Shown: piece after piece, positions 1 to 14,499 of the stretch | Layout of the letters: each line of letters begins with the position of its first letter | How positions within the stretch are numbered: position 1 is the stretch's first letter | NCBI GenBank assembly: GCA_951406725.2 | Contig: OX597827.1 | Location: forward strand, 52,018,001 to 52,082,000 | DNA length: 64,000 nt | From: Octopus vulgaris | Lineage: Eukaryota | Direction: 5' to 3' | Notes under the pieces: generated by a model | Told to the model about the DNA's origin: nothing | Database searches by the model: none | What the model saw: the letters and a program-made list of their open reading frames with translations, nothing else | Program-made: the position numbers and the translations under genes

Positions 1-128
1 GTTTACATACATATTCCATTTGCATCTATGTTCCATGATGTACACCTAACCACTACAAATTTATTGTTTCCTGACAAATAAGCGTTTTCATTCTTCGTTA
101 CAATGTTTGCCCGTGCATTGGCAATTTT

Positions 129-340
129 GTATGTATGTATGTATGTATGTATGTATGTATGTATGTATGTATGTATGTATGTATGTATGTATGTATGTAT
201 GTATGTATGTATGTATGTATGTATGTATGTATGTATGTACGTATATATGTATGTATGTATGTACGTATGTATGTTTGTATGTGTGTATGTATGTATGTAT
301 GTATGTATGTATGTATGAATTTATATATGTATGTATATAT
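129..340. repeat. (TATG)n microsatellite
   Basis: Seen directly. Confidence 0.97.
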
Positions 341-344
341 GCAC

Positions 345-468
345 ATAGTTCCTGGTTCAGTCCCACTGCGTGGTACCTTGGGCAAGTGTCTTCTATAGCC
401 TCGACCAAAGCCTTGTGAGTGGATTTGATAGACGGAAACTGAGAGGCCCGTCGTATTTATTATATATT

Positions 469-552
<84 letters not shown>

Positions 553-560
553 TATATATA

Positions 561-605
<45 letters not shown>

Positions 606-640
606 TGTCTGTCTGTCTGTGTTTGTCCACCACCATGGTC
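345..640 (+). mobile_element. SINE family A, partial, with internal (GATA)n and (GT)n
   Basis: ggttcagtcccactgcgtgg...ttgggcaagtgtctt core shared with copies at 26849, 33560 and 59265. Confidence 0.8.
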
Positions 641-1300
641 AACATAACTTCTTGGTCACTTGTCTTGAAGGACCTTAGTATCCATCCTGCCAGTTGTCTG
701 CACTTCGCTGCCATCTTGGTAATGTGCATATGAAATGATGCACCATTGCACATGCTGATCCATAAGTCTTTCACTGTGTGTAACACTGGGACTGCAATGC
801 CCCCAGGTCCTGTGTATGCAGGTCATGAGTCGATAGCGCAGTGCTTGAAATTTTCCAGTATTAAACTGCATGTTATTTACTTCAGCCCACTTGTATATTG
901 CATTGAGGTCCCGCTGTAGGCTTGCGACGTCATCTGGATTTTTTAGTGCCTGTGACAATGTTGTATCATCGGAGTAGCTAGTGACAGTGGCTGTCCGAAT
1001 GACCGTGGGCATGTCTAAGAGGGCTACTATAAACAGTAACGACTCCAGGGGAACGCCACTTAGAATTTGAGTATCCTTGGCTGCATAGTTAGTTCAACAA
1101 TGTTGTGGTCCTGAAAGTACACTTGGCGTCACCTTCACATTATGGATAAGGTCTACATTATTTGTGAAACAAAGGTCCAAGATGTTGTTTCCCTGGTTGG
1201 CTTGCGTATCACTTACTCCATGAACAGTATATTAGAAAGTTCAAGTAATGACTCTACATACATTTGTTCTTGCAGTGTCATCCTAGAGAGGATGTGGCCT
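640..1300 (-). mobile_element. CR1/L2-like LINE fragment (degenerate RT)
   Basis: YSDDT, LQRDLNAIYKWAEVNNMQFN and GWILRSFK motifs; stops and deletions. Confidence 0.8.
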
Positions 1301-1470
1301 TCTCTATAAGGCTGCGCTCTCCGTATTATATCCCATTCAGGGCTAAATTCGATCCCGCTTACCTTCAGTTCCCAAATCTTGCTAGATAAGGACGTACAAT
1401 TGGCTTGATGTTTGAGTCTAAAAGACGAAAAATGATTATTGATACGTCTTCCATATTTATCGAACATCCT
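1300..1470 (-). mobile_element. Penelope-like GIY-YIG region fragment
   Basis: RINNHFSSFRLKHQANCTSLSSKIWELK...WDIIRRAQPY resembles a PLE endonuclease C-terminus. Confidence 0.65.
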
Positions 1471-1489
1471 ATATATATATATATATATA

Positions 1490-1597
<108 letters not shown>

Positions 1598-1732
1598 CCA
1601 GCCCCAGTTATGATTGTACATTAACAAATTACGCTTTGGATTAGACATCGACTTAATAACGGACAGTGAGATTTAACTCTACAATTGCAACCAGGAGCAT
1701 TACTAATATTAATATTACTGATATTCCTACCA

Positions 1733-1832
<100 letters not shown>

Positions 1833-1899
1833 CACTACAATAATCTGTTATTTTTATTATTGCTATTATTATTATTTATACTTCCTTCAATAGAAGTAT

Positions 1900-2640
1900 C
1901 ATTTAAGAAAAGTAATTTCATGGTTGTACCTTGCCTTAGACAAAGAGAGGTTATCGTGGTGGAAATGAGTATTAAAAATGTCTTTATTTGCTGATAATTT
2001 CGTAACTCTTGCTAAAAATCAAAGCGAAAGCTTCAAAAAACCACCAACTCTACGATAAATACACACACGAGCAATGTAATGAATATTTTTAACAAATAGG
2101 CCTATCTTCGGGATGGAATGTGAAGGCAGCTAATACATATCCCAATATCACATTTGATATGATTAAATATTGTAAGTTTTTGGATAATTTTCGGTTTTTA
2201 AAAGTTGGTATTTTTTTATTGCCAGCAAAGGACTGCGTCTGCGCAGAAGATTTTTAAAAAATTAGAATGTATAAACAAGAAGCACATAGTTGATCGCCTC
2301 GTGTTTATATATTTAATCTAAGGTGTACCTCTTGAAAACGATTTCACCACGCGAGTAAAAGTTATTTGCTTGCTAAACTAAAATCAGAAACGAGGGGTAA
2401 AGATACCGCTTGCTAAAAATCAAAGTGAAAGCTTTAAAAACCCACCAATTCTACGATAAATACACACACGAGCAATGTAATGAACATTTTTAACAAATAG
2501 GCCTACCTTCGGGATGGAATATGAAGGCAGCTAATACATATCCCAATATCAATTGATTTCATGCCGTGTAGTTATCGTAGAATTGGTGGTTTTCGAAGCT
2601 TTCGCTTTGATTTTTAATAAGCAGTATCTTTACCCTTCTT
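1900..2640. repeat. ~140-bp direct repeat (2009-2150 / 2410-2551) plus an inverted partial copy (2572-2635); probable PLE terminal repeats
   Basis: Repeat copies are visible directly; the PLE assignment is inferred from the direct-plus-inverted layout. Confidence 0.6.
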
Positions 2641-2939
2641 TTCTTCAAATATTTTATATTATACCTGTTTAGGTAGAAGTCAGGCTAGCCACCTCATTAT
2701 TACTGTTTTTAACAGTAATAATACTTTACATATTTACTTTCTTATTGTTTACGATAGTTTTTCTCTTTAAACGGAGTGGGACGTTTAAAGTTAGAAACGC
2801 ACACAAGTTGACGTAATGAATATTTTAGAAATAGATGTCAAATACTATTTCCAACTGAGGATTGCAAAGCATGTTTCTCATGCACATCATGAAATCAATT
2901 GATATTGGGATATGTATTAGCTGCCTTCATTTTTTTTAA

Positions 2940-3212
2940 AGCAAAAATGACCAGCATCGAAGCTTATGTCATCAAAGGCCAACTAAGATGGAGCGGCCAC
3001 GTGGTTAGAATGACTGACGAACGACTTCCCAAACAGATCTTCTACTCCCAACTCAAAGACGGCAAGCGTACAAAAGGAGGCCAGAAGAAACGCTACAAGG
3101 ACTCCCTGAAAACGAACCTCAAAAAGTGTGACAGCGACTTCACTAACGGTAAAAACAGACCACTCTGGAAAACCACCATCCATGAGGGAACGGCGACTTT
3201 CGAGTCGAAAAG
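2940..3212 (+). mobile_element. RTE/BovB-like LINE 3' fragment
   Basis: QLRWSGHVVRMTDERLPKQIFYSQL...GGQKKRYKDSLK. Confidence 0.85.
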
Positions 3213-3316
3213 GTTAATAGTTAATCCAAACATGACCAAGAGAAAACACAACAATGCGAGGACGTGGAACAAGTATAGTGTTATTGGAAGCTCAGGAAAG
3301 GAAAGAAAGAAGGGGG

Positions 3317-3352
3317 ATTTAACGTTTCGAGCGGAGCTCTTCGTCAGAAACA
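3317..3352 (-). ncRNA. Minimal type I hammerhead ribozyme motif in a PLE-like repeat
   Basis: Minus strand reads gttt-CTGACGA-a-GAGC tcc GCTC-GAAA-cg-TTA-aat, with the conserved core intact. Confidence 0.6.
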
Positions 3353-3639
3353 TAGAAAAAGGAAAGGTCCAAGGAAGGGAATGGGTGAAGAAAAAGTTCT
3401 TTCAGAGACAGAAGAGTTCAAGAGAAGGAGGTATGTGTGGGTATGTGCGTGCGCGCATGTCTGTGTGTGTGTGTGTGTGTATGGTTGTGGCTGTTTATCT
3501 ATGTGTATGGTTGAGCTTAGTATCGTTTAAGATTATAGGAAGAATTTATAGTAAGAATTTTGGTAAGAGTGGCTGCCTGTTGTGTGTCTACCTACACGTG
3601 CGTAGGAGAATGATAAGTAGAAGGTACTGGTAGATTGAA

Positions 3640-4960
3640 GTATGCGTGTGTGCATGTATGTATATGTAGTGTGTGTGTGTTTTCTTTGCTATGTGTGTAT
3701 GTGTGTGTTCGTGTTTGTATGTGTGTATACGTAGAGGTTGTGTTTGGGGGAGTAACTGTACTTTACAATGTGCATGTGTGCATGTGTGTATACATGTGTG
3801 CGTATGTGTGTACATGTATGTATAATTGTGTGCGTGTATGTATGAGTGTGTGCTGTGTGTGTATGGGAGGTATGTGTGGATTCATTTGCGCGTGCGTGTG
3901 TGTGTATGTGTGGGCGTATATATATACACGTGTGTGAGTGTGAGTGTATTTGGGTGTGTACATGCGTGTGTATTTTGTGTGTATGCATGTGCATGTGTTT
4001 GTGAACGAGGGGTTGTGTAGGGGGTATAGGTGCGTTTTTTTGCGCGTGCATGCATGTGCGTGTGTCCGTGTACATGTGTATGTGCGTGTAGTTGTGTGTG
4101 CGTATATGTGTGCGTGTGTACGTGTGTGAGTATGTGGGTGTATATACGTGTATGCGTGGGGTTGAGTGTTAGGTATGTGTGCATTCGTGTACGTATGTAC
4201 GTGCGTATGTATGCGCATGTGTGTGCGTGCGTGTGTGTGAATGCGTATATATGTGTATACGTATGTGTATGTGCGTGCATGCGTATATTGTGTGTGTATG
4301 CATATGTATGTGGCTGTATGTGAATTTGTGTATGCGTGTGTGCATGGGTTGTGTTTGTGGGGGGAGGGGTGTAGGCGTATATGTGCGTACTTGTGTGTAT
4401 GTGCGTGCGTGCGTGGGTGCATGTGCTTGTGTGCATGTACTTGTGTGCATGTGCTTGTGTGCATGTGCTTATGTGCTTATGTGCGTGTGTGTTTGTGCCC
4501 ATGTGTGTGGAATTGTGTGCCTGTATTATGTGCGTATGTATGTGCGTGTGTATGTGCGTGCGTGTATATGTGTGAACGTGGAGATGTGTGTCGGATTATG
4601 TGTGCATTTTGTTGCGTGTATGCGCGTGTGCTTGTATGTGTGTGTATGTTGTTGTGTGTAGTTTATGTGTGTGTGTATAAAGGTATGTGTGTCTGTGTGT
4701 GTGGGGGGTTGTGTGGGATAGGTATCTATGCATTCCTGTGCGTGTGTATGTGTATGTGTGTACGTTTGTGCACGTGTGTGTATGTGTACGCGCATGCATG
4801 TGTGCGCGTGGGTGTATATGGATGTGTGTGTGTGTGTATGTATGTGTATATGTATGTGTGTGGAAGTATGTGTGTATATGTGCATGTATGTGTGCTGTAT
4901 GTGTGTGGGAGGTATATGTGCGTTCGTGGATATGTACGTATGTGTGTGTATGTGTGCGGA
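3640..4960. repeat. Degenerate (GT)/(GTAT)-rich simple-sequence tract
   Basis: Seen directly; explains the many Cys/Val/His/Thr ORFs. Confidence 0.95.
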
Positions 4961-5129
4961 TATATAGAAATAAAAAGAATAATTTATAAGGACAATAAAA
5001 TATAATTAATAAAAACAAAAAATTATAAAAACAATGAAATATAAAAATTAAGGTTGAAAGGAGATAAGGAAATTAATGCAATATAACTGACGCGATTACA
5101 AGCAAAAATGAAAAATGAAATAAGGTTGC

Positions 5130-6330
5130 CTGTTGCAGGAGGTGTAGAGGCAGTCAATAGGAGGAGGGGTTGTCTTTAGTTCGTCGGGGATAGTTATCCG
5201 TAGATTAAAGATAAACCGCTGTTCCAGGCGGAGTCGTGAGTGTGTGGATCCGTGGTGTAGAGCGAGGCCAAAGACGGAATGTTAGAGGGGGAATGGTTGG
5301 CCACGCGGAAGTGAGGAGCGACGAGAGTGTTCGAACGTAGACGAACATCCCTTAGATGTTCGGTGAACCGGTCGGCCAGTCGGCGGCCTGTCTGACCTAC
5401 ATATAGTTTACCACAGAGGTTGCATTTAATACAGTATATGAGGCTAGAAGAAGTGCAAGAGAGGAAATTTGTTATGTGAACAGTTTGCTGATTAGAACCA
5501 GTGAGAGAAGTAGTGTTGGTGATGAAGCGGCAGGTGTTGCAGCGGGATCTGGAGCACGGGAAGGATGCATGTGGAGCTGGGGAAGAGGAGCTGCTACGGA
5601 CCAGAAGATCGCGTAGTTTCCGGGCGCCTGATGTCCCCAGATCAATACACACTAAGTTTCCAACAACTGTGATAGGAGTGGTGAATGGGCGGGTGGTGGG
5701 GCGAAGGGGTGGAAAAGGAGGGGAAATGGGGTGCGGTTAGGGGGTAGTGCGATCGATTCGACGAGCGCGGGCAAGGGCGTTTTGGACAAGGGTTGAGGGA
5801 TATCCTCGATGCCTGAACAGGCGGGCCAGGTACTGGGACTGGGTCTCAAAATCCTGGTCCCGGATTCACAAGCGTCGGAGGCGGAGGAACTGGGAGTAGG
5901 GTATGGCCCGTTTGGTGTGGAAGGGATGGAAGGAGGAGAAGTTGAGGTAGAGGTGGGAATCTGTGGGTTTGAAGATGGCAGAGGTGATGAGAGAGTGGGA
6001 GGGTGGTCAATGGTATGATAGATATAAAAGAAGTTAACAGAGGTGTTAGAGATAGTAGAAGTGAATTGGAGAGAAGGGTGGAAGTGAGAGAGGAAAGAGA
6101 TGAAGTGGTAGAGTTGTTCAAGGGAGAGGGAGGTGGCACCTATACAGTCGTCTATGTAGCGACCGTATAGCTCTGGGGTCGGCCCGGAGAATTGGGAGAA
6201 TGCTTGGGCCTCAATGTGGCCAACAAAGAGGTTGGCGAAATTGGGGCCTATTCTCGTTCCCATCGCGACCCCAGACAGCTGTTGGTAGGTTTCCCCAGCG
6301 AACGTAAAGTAGTTAAAGGTGAGGACGATA
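5130..6330 (-). mobile_element. Penelope-like retroelement, 5'-truncated and frameshifted (RT + GIY-YIG)
   Basis: GVAMGTRIGPNFANLF and RYIDD RT motifs; LIYCIKCNLCGKLYVGQT...RFTEH GIY-YIG motif. Confidence 0.9.
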
Positions 6331-6501
6331 TACATATATATAGACTTGTTTTATTTATATTTCCTGAGCGCCATACTAATACAATTGTTTGTTTGTTTTC
6401 CACCTGCCTTCGTCTTTTGTCTATTTTCATAAAGCTTCCCTATATATATATATATATATATCATGCATATCATGCATCAATGTATTTACACACATACACA
6501 A

Positions 6502-6541
<40 letters not shown>

Positions 6542-6786
6542 AAGCTTTATGAAACACGTGTGTGTGTGTACATATACAGTTATACATGTGTATTTGTTTG
6601 TATGTGTATGTATGCATGCATGAATCTGTGTATAATAACTAAAAGATGCCACGACATATAGCATGCACTATTTTAACAGGTAAAGGATACTGACAAAGCT
6701 TTCAGTGTCACGCGCGTTTAACAGTGGAAAGAAGAGACAACTAAATAAGAAACTGTCAGACTGGCAGGAGATATGAATTAGCAAGT

Positions 6787-6832
<46 letters not shown>

Positions 6833-7249
6833 CTTTCCACAGAATCTTAGAATACGTTGAGATGCGTGCGTGCGTGTGCGCGCGCGCGCGCCTGCGTGCT
6901 AAATTATGGGCATATATTTAGGAGATGTATGCGCGAACACAAATTGAGTATACAAACACACATACACAAACACATACGCAGATACATACAAGCATCTGTA
7001 GACATACATACTCATATATGTGATCACGTATATGTGTGTGTATATCTACTTATATACATATACTTACACATACAGATACACATGCGTGCACACACATACG
7101 TATATGAATATATACCATGTGTCAATTTAGGAGTGTATACATATATATACATATATATATACTTGGCTGTCTGGCTGACTGGATGGCTTCATTGATAGAT
7201 AGAAGCATGTATGAGCGTACGTATGTATGTATATGCAAATAGACGCATG

Positions 7250-7516
<267 letters not shown>

Positions 7517-7941
7517 GTGTTAATGTTTTTTTGTGTGTATGTATGTATGTGCGAATGAATGTATGCATGCACGCATGTATGCATGCATGTATGTATGTGT
7601 GTATGCATGCATGCATATCGCACCATCCCTTCTCAGTCTACGCAACAATTATCAACGGCACGACAGCTCGTCAGGCAGTCATTAAAGCACATCCTTTGAT
7701 CTATTCTGTTGCACGCGTTCATACGATACTTATGCTGGTCGCCATCATGATCAAAGATTATTCCGGCGTCCATCCACTTCCAAAGTCGAAGGACTTTTCT
7801 CTTTCTCTTTCTCTTTCTCTTCTTCTTTGTCTTCTTCCTCTTTTTCGTCTTCTTTTTCTTTTTCTTTTTTCTCTCTTTTCCTTTTTTTCCATGTTTTTTT
7901 CACCTTGTAGTAGGCGTGGATGGGTGGATGAATGTGTAAAA

Positions 7942-7983
<42 letters not shown>

Positions 7984-8189
7984 GCTACTGCTACTGCTAC
8001 TGCTACTACTACTACTACTACTCTTCCGGTGACAAAGTAGACGGCGATAAACAGTATCGTTAAATAAACTAGGATCGGTTCAAACGACTTGATTCTCCCA
8101 CCATGAATTCGTGGCGTTGTGCCAATGAGGGAATTTAAACTTTTTGCAGTAAATTAATAATTACAATTGAAATAAGTTTCGCTCCCCAC

Positions 8190-8529
8190 CGCAACCTACT
8201 CTTCCTCATCATTATCATCATCATCATCCTCATCATCAACACTACCACCGTCACCAACGCCACCACCAACACCACTACCAACAACACCGCCACCACCACC
8301 ACCACCACTAACATCACAACTATTACTATCACCACAGCCACGGTCACTATTACTACTATTACTACTATTACTACTACAACTACTAACTACCACCATCACT
8401 ACCATCACCACCACTATTACTACAACTACTACAACCACCATCACCACCACCACCATCACTACTACTACTACTACTACTACTACTACAATCATCACCACAA
8501 CTACTACGATCATCACCACCACCATCACC

Positions 8530-8566
<37 letters not shown>

Positions 8567-8572
8567 TTACTA
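8190..8572. repeat. Compound (ATC/ACC/ACT)n trinucleotide tract
   Basis: Seen directly. Confidence 0.95.
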
Positions 8573-8859
8573 TTCAGCTGTGAGATTTTGCATGTTTTCA
8601 CTGCATTATTGAGCGTAACACCGTGAGCCTTGGAGATGTGCAGTTTTGTTTTGGTCTTGCTTGCTTTTACTATATCACTCTACGTTAATTTGTGTAGTTT
8701 CCTGTGGCTTTAGTCTACGTGTTTTGGGGGCTTTTTCGCATTTTGTTTTTCTATTTTTGATGGGGTTTTTTTTTTTTGGCTTTTTTGTTTTGTTTTTTTT
8801 ATTATCATTTCATTTCCAAACCGTCGATTGTTATAGGGATTGTTTCTGTTCTCAAACCC

Positions 8860-9110
8860 TACATTCAGGTTATCTCTATATTCCGACTGGATAATTTCTC
8901 CATCTCTTTTAGAGATATCATTTGTTGGGACTGAAATGTAGATTAGGAGGTCTTTCTTTCCCTGGTGGTCCATGACAACAATATCTGGCCAATTAATATG
9001 TCTAGCGTGACTTGGCATAACCCAAAGTATTGGTTGTATTGCCACGCCACTTCTTTTCTGTTGCAATTTCATTGTATTTATATAATTTCCTGGCAAAGAG
9101 TAAGGAGCCA
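8860..9110 (-). mobile_element. R4/Dong-like LINE fragment (restriction-like endonuclease region)
   Basis: ILW...NWPDIVVMD...LLIYISVP resembles the RLE PD..D region. Confidence 0.6.
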
Positions 9111-9768
9111 GAGGCAACATGATTAATTTTTCCTTCCACATCTCCACAGATTCTGAAGTTACATATGATATTGTCTTACCAATCGTTAGCGTGTCGGGCA
9201 AAATACTTAGCGACATTCCTTGAGGCTCATTACGTTCTGGGTTCAAATTGTGGCGAGGTCGACTTTACCTTTTATCTTATCGTGATCGATAAAATAAATA
9301 GCAGTTGAACACTGGGGCCGATATAATCTACTTACCACTCCCTTTAAATTTCTGGTCTTGTGCCGAAATTTGAAACCATTAAGATTTTTGTAATATTTTT
9401 TTGTTAATTGCTTTCACTGCTCAACTGTACTCAACTTTCTGTCCATTGGACATGTTAGGAGTTTGTTTTTTATATTTTTCAGGAATCACTCAGTGTAGTA
9501 AATGTGCAGTACAGGGTAGTAGTGTTTTCGGTGTTCTGTGTGTGGAAGGAGTCTGTGTATGTGAGGGGAGTGTGTATGTCTGTGTGTTTGTGTGTCCGTG
9601 TGTGTGTGTGGGTGTGTGTGGGTGGGTGTGTAAATCCTACGAGTTTGGTGGTTTGTATTTTTTTTTAATTATTCTCAAAGACCCAATTATTATAAGGAAG
9701 GTTACTTTTCATAATCCACATGTTTTGCTTTTCTCGTTATTATTACTATTTCCATAATTTAGATTTGG

Positions 9769-9831
<63 letters not shown>

Positions 9832-10399
9832 CGCTTTACCGCTTCAGTTTTTGGTTAAGACAGAAGTATATTATTATTATTGACCTCGGTGGGATTTGAA
9901 TTTCTAACTTCAAATCCTGCCAAGATTGATTCTGCCTTTCCGGGGCCGATAAAATAAAGTTCATCAAAATGATTTTAATGCTTCATTCTATAATTAGTAA
10001 AAACATCTGCGAAAACGACAATAACTTTCTCGTGTATACACAGGCCTTTTCCAGTGAAAACATTAGTGGAGAAACAACCTTTACCTATGTTGCTTCAGAT
10101 TGAAGTATCTAAATTTGGGCAAGGCGTAGGGTCAGGAGCTGTGGCAACATTATGTTAGAAAATACTCTGCCTCTCTGCATATTCGAGTGCAGGAAAGGGA
10201 AAAGCTAGCATATCTATATTCCACGAAAAACATATCAGGGTTCATTATACCCATAAAGGAGCAACTGAGAGATGCTTTGGATTATGTGTGGAGATAATTG
10301 CATCCATTGACTGAGGCTAGTAATATGAGACCATGGACCTCCACCTCAAGACCAAGTCATCCGACAGATTCAAGACATTACTGATGATGATCCAGGAAA

Positions 10400-11160
10400 A
10401 TCAAGGAGGGCTAAGCATTCGATATAAGTCACATGTACAAAAGAGAGGTCAATTCACGTCAACAAAGACACAGCAAAACCAAGTGTTTACTAAAAAAAGA
10501 CTTCGCTCAAGACCAAAACTGATAAAATGACAGATGGTTATATACAGATCTTTCTGATGTCCCCAGATCAATACACACTAAGTTTCCAACAACTGTGATA
10601 GGAGTGGTGAATAACGAAGGTCATTTTATGCTATCTCATATCTTTCCACAGAATCTTAGAATACGTTGAGATGCTGAGACAGTTGTTAAGCCCTGGTTGG
10701 ATGAAGAACGCTGTAGAAGTCCATACGAGTTTCATCAAGACTCAATACATTCTCACAATGTCCAAATAACCCAAGAATGAATGTTGGACAATCTTTACGA
10801 TCAAGTAACACCAAACGTAGGGCCTCCAAACTCGTCAGCTCTAAATCCTGTGGACTACTACGTTTGGACCGTTGATGAAAGAGATACTAAATTGCATCCT
10901 CACGATACCATAGCCACACTGAAGGTTGCCATCATGTCTTCCCCCAGCTTTTGGGGAGCTGCAATCGTCGGAGAAATTTTCAAAATTCCCTTGGCTTACC
11001 AGTGTTCGGACCTGCATTAAAGCAGTCATCGAAGCTAAAGGTGGATTCATAGAATAATCTTATAGAAAAGCATATTAAGAACGTGTGCATAATATTTATA
11101 CAATTACATTTGGATTTTGCTAGATTAAAGTTGCAATATTAAATTACCAAATATGCCGAT
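10400..11160 (+). mobile_element. Degenerate Tc1/mariner-superfamily transposase relic (maT-like)
   Basis: TKFPTTV..GVV.NEGH, VVKPW, HQDS..SH and PPNSSALNPVDYYVW motifs; many lesions. Confidence 0.75.
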
Positions 11161-11207
<47 letters not shown>

Positions 11208-11559
11208 ACAATCGCAGATTAGAGCGTCTGCTCTTTCACTTCTTGAGGAAAGGACACGTTCCAGTGGTCAGATGGTCTGTCTGTTATCTGTATTCTCTGC
11301 ATGGAAAGCTGAATATATCCAAGCTGATGATGCGCAAGCATTCGCTGAGGCTGCGATCTCTACAAAAACTCCTGGACGGTGAGCAGATGTGGTTACCTTT
11401 TGAGAGGCATCTGCATGTCTTCCCCCAGCTTTTGGGGAGCTGCAATCGTCGGTCAAGCGAATACCAAACAAGGACACTTGACATGCAGAATGTCGTTACG
11501 CGTTCACAATTCCCTGTCAATCGAACAATGTGATAGGTGATATTCCTCATTAGTATTCT

Positions 11560-12840
11560 TTAGAGATGTAGAGATGGGGAAGAGTGAACTCGTTCTCGGA
11601 GAAACTCTTGGTGTCGATAGGAATCATCTGGCTGATCTGTTCCGGCAAACCTTCACTCCAAGACCCATGGATAATTTTCAAAATTCCCTGGCTTACCAGT
11701 GCTATCAGGGATTACAAGGATGGAAGTGCCGTCAGTTGGTCTGTCCGAGATGCGCAATGAGAGAGAGAGAGAGAGAGAGAGAGGAGATGAAGCTTTTCCG
11801 CATGCATTCGTACAGTTTGAGCAATGCTGACTAGTGGACTGTTATGGAACAATTGCTGTTGTGTTTAAGATGGATCGGGATATCGTTTGAGTCTCCTGTC
11901 GCTTTCCTTAGGCCAGGAAGGACAAGCAATTTTTTCTGACTCCCATCAATGGGTAAGACTTTGAAGAGTTCCGAAAGATAAACTCTTTATACAGTTTTAC
12001 AGAGATATGGACAGAGTTAAAAGGAAATTTCCCTTCGGTGTTGGAAAGATTTTTCTAAACATCTTTACCTCTTAACCAATGTGGACACTGAATCAAATGG
12101 CTTTCGCGGGGACCAATGTGAATGACCACTCACATTCCATTTTCTTCTCTGTGACCGATATAGCTGTCCTTAGAATCGGGTGCATAAATGCGGCCGGCCT
12201 GGTGTCATCTTTGAAGCAAGGTCTCTTCCTAAATGGTTTCAGGTCCCTAGGTGTATAATGTATTGTCATCAGCGAGCTCTACAGCTTTAGAGCACGGGTA
12301 TTGACACCCATTTTCAAGAAATACGAGTACAACTCGTATTTCTTGAAATGCGCGGCCCGATGGTATGATGGCAATGTTATTCCGACAATCCTTAGATCTC
12401 GAAGTACGAACAATCTGGACCTTGACCTCGACATTAGGTCACTGGTCCTAGATACGAATGGCAAAGATGTTACCGCCAGGCTTGTGACCGTCTATGCTCC
12501 AACAGAGTACGGCTTGATTTCTTCAGACGTCTAGAAACTTTCTAGACGACGTTTCAGAATTTAATATCAGTGTGGGGATTGGAATCGCAAGGTAGAAACA
12601 TATCGAAATTACGTGAGATTAGCGCATGCGAAGTGGGGTGCAAAAGCCTCGAAACCTGTTCAGAAGTTTCCCACTGTCTGGCCTATAATTACTACCTTTT
12701 CCGGACGTGCAGGTGTGGACATGGAGCAAACACAATATGTCATCGAAATCATATCTAGGAAGAATATTTGTTAGACCAGCAGTTATGGATTGCATAGGGT
12801 GTCCACATTTCTAACAGGTTAGTTACACAGCACACAAATT
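11560..12840 (+). mobile_element. Tx1/L1-like LINE fragments (3' Cys-rich piece, then AP endonuclease)
   Basis: CPRC near 11740; IGCIN, RLVTVYAP and GDWN endonuclease motifs in mixed frames. Confidence 0.65.
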
Positions 12841-13089
12841 TAACAAGTTTATTAAGCAAGAAAAATAAAAGGGAGTGAGAGACCAAATCACTGATCAAAG
12901 CAACACAGTTTCTTGTTGAATGCTAAGTGACTCTTGTCTGAGATGAACTCACGAACTTTTTATATCCGTAAGTCAAATTTTCCAGAGCCTTCGATCAAGC
13001 TATTCGGTGGGAAAACTTGCATGCGTCCTTGAAGTTTTCTGTATTAACCATAAGTCAACCCGTGCTGATGTGTCGAGTCATTTTTGGGT

Positions 13090-13520
13090 AGGTGTCAATA
13101 CCTTTTTATGGCAACACATTGCCTTTTTATGGTGATATGATAAATGGTAGTTCTGACCTGGGAAAATCTAAGAGTGATAGGACAAAGCTCAGCAGGAGCC
13201 TTGCTACAGTAGTATACAAACAATACGTTAGATTCGTCATGGACTATGCAAGTTCTTCCTCCACAAACCGCAGTAAGCAAAGTACAAAAACAGCGAACAT
13301 CATGGTAGCTTGTAGGCAGATAACAAACACAGCAACCATTTCTACATCGAAACAAAAATACTAACAATGAAGGACCAACGACGTGCAACGCAGTAAACAA
13401 ATCTTTACAGTCCCTTGTGACTAAAAATAAATCACCACCAAAAACCCACTCATAAACAATGTCCCAGACCGCTACAACACTAGCATTCTTAAAATATTAT
13501 CGCTCCCCCTTAGCCTAAAT
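13090..13520 (+). mobile_element. Old LINE 3' fragment
   Basis: VYKQYVRFVMDYAS resembles the post-RT YxxxxRPxxxY motif. Confidence 0.5.
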
Positions 13521-14499
13521 ATTAAAAAATATATACACACAAATGTGGCTGCATCACAAATAAACTTACTCTGGTCGGGATGGAAACATTGTCGGCCTGC
13601 AAATCACCAACAGTAATGGTAGAGGAACAACAACAGCCATGCTTTGAAATAGTTCACCTGGCCCTCTTCTAGAATCTGCAAGCGTAAAATAAAAATTGGA
13701 GAACGCAATATGTCCAGACTGTCACGTAGCGTACCACACACGTTCTCAGCGTATTTTTGCTGCACAGTGCAATCCTCAACTTCATGGAAATATGGCATAG
13801 CTGGGAAACCAGATCTGTGGGTCACATCTAGCCAGTCGTACGGCCATAGAACTCTTCTACGACTACATGACAACGACAATAGCAGTAGTAGCAACAATAA
13901 CAACAACTATCAACATATAGAGAGAAATATTACTATAGAAGGAAATATGGTGGAGAAAAATGAAGAACGATGCTGGGAGAGAGAAAAAAACGACATGGAA
14001 GTAGAAATAGGAAAAGGAAGAAAAACAAATACTTAGAGACAGAGAGATGGTAATGAAAGCATGTTCATGAAAATGTTCAATTATCCAACATAGGTTTGTA
14101 TGGACGTTAATCTCCCGCTTGTCCTTCTCCTAATCACTAATTCTTTAAGTAAATCTTATTCTTTATTACCGGTGACTACTTCATTACTTTCTCCGTTTCC
14201 TTCACTCAAACAAACATTGAAACACTCTCTCTTTCCTGTTCTTATTTTCTAACAGATCCTCTACCCCCACTATATATAAGCCTATGTGACTCCCTTCTCC
14301 TCTTGCATGGCTCTTTCTTGCTTTCTCTCTTAAATACGTAATTGGTTTCGGTATCGTGAACCAGAGGGACATTAATTAATTACTTTTAGCACCAGATGTG
14401 CAGAACTCTCAAAATTCCCGTCTGCAGCGGTAAATACATAATTTCTTAAATAACTATTGTCATATTTCTCTCATACACCCCCAGCTTGCTCACTCACTC

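Noticed and set aside
2899-3633. 244-aa ORF as a gene
   Set aside because: Chance read-through from an RTE fragment into another repeat and (GT)n.
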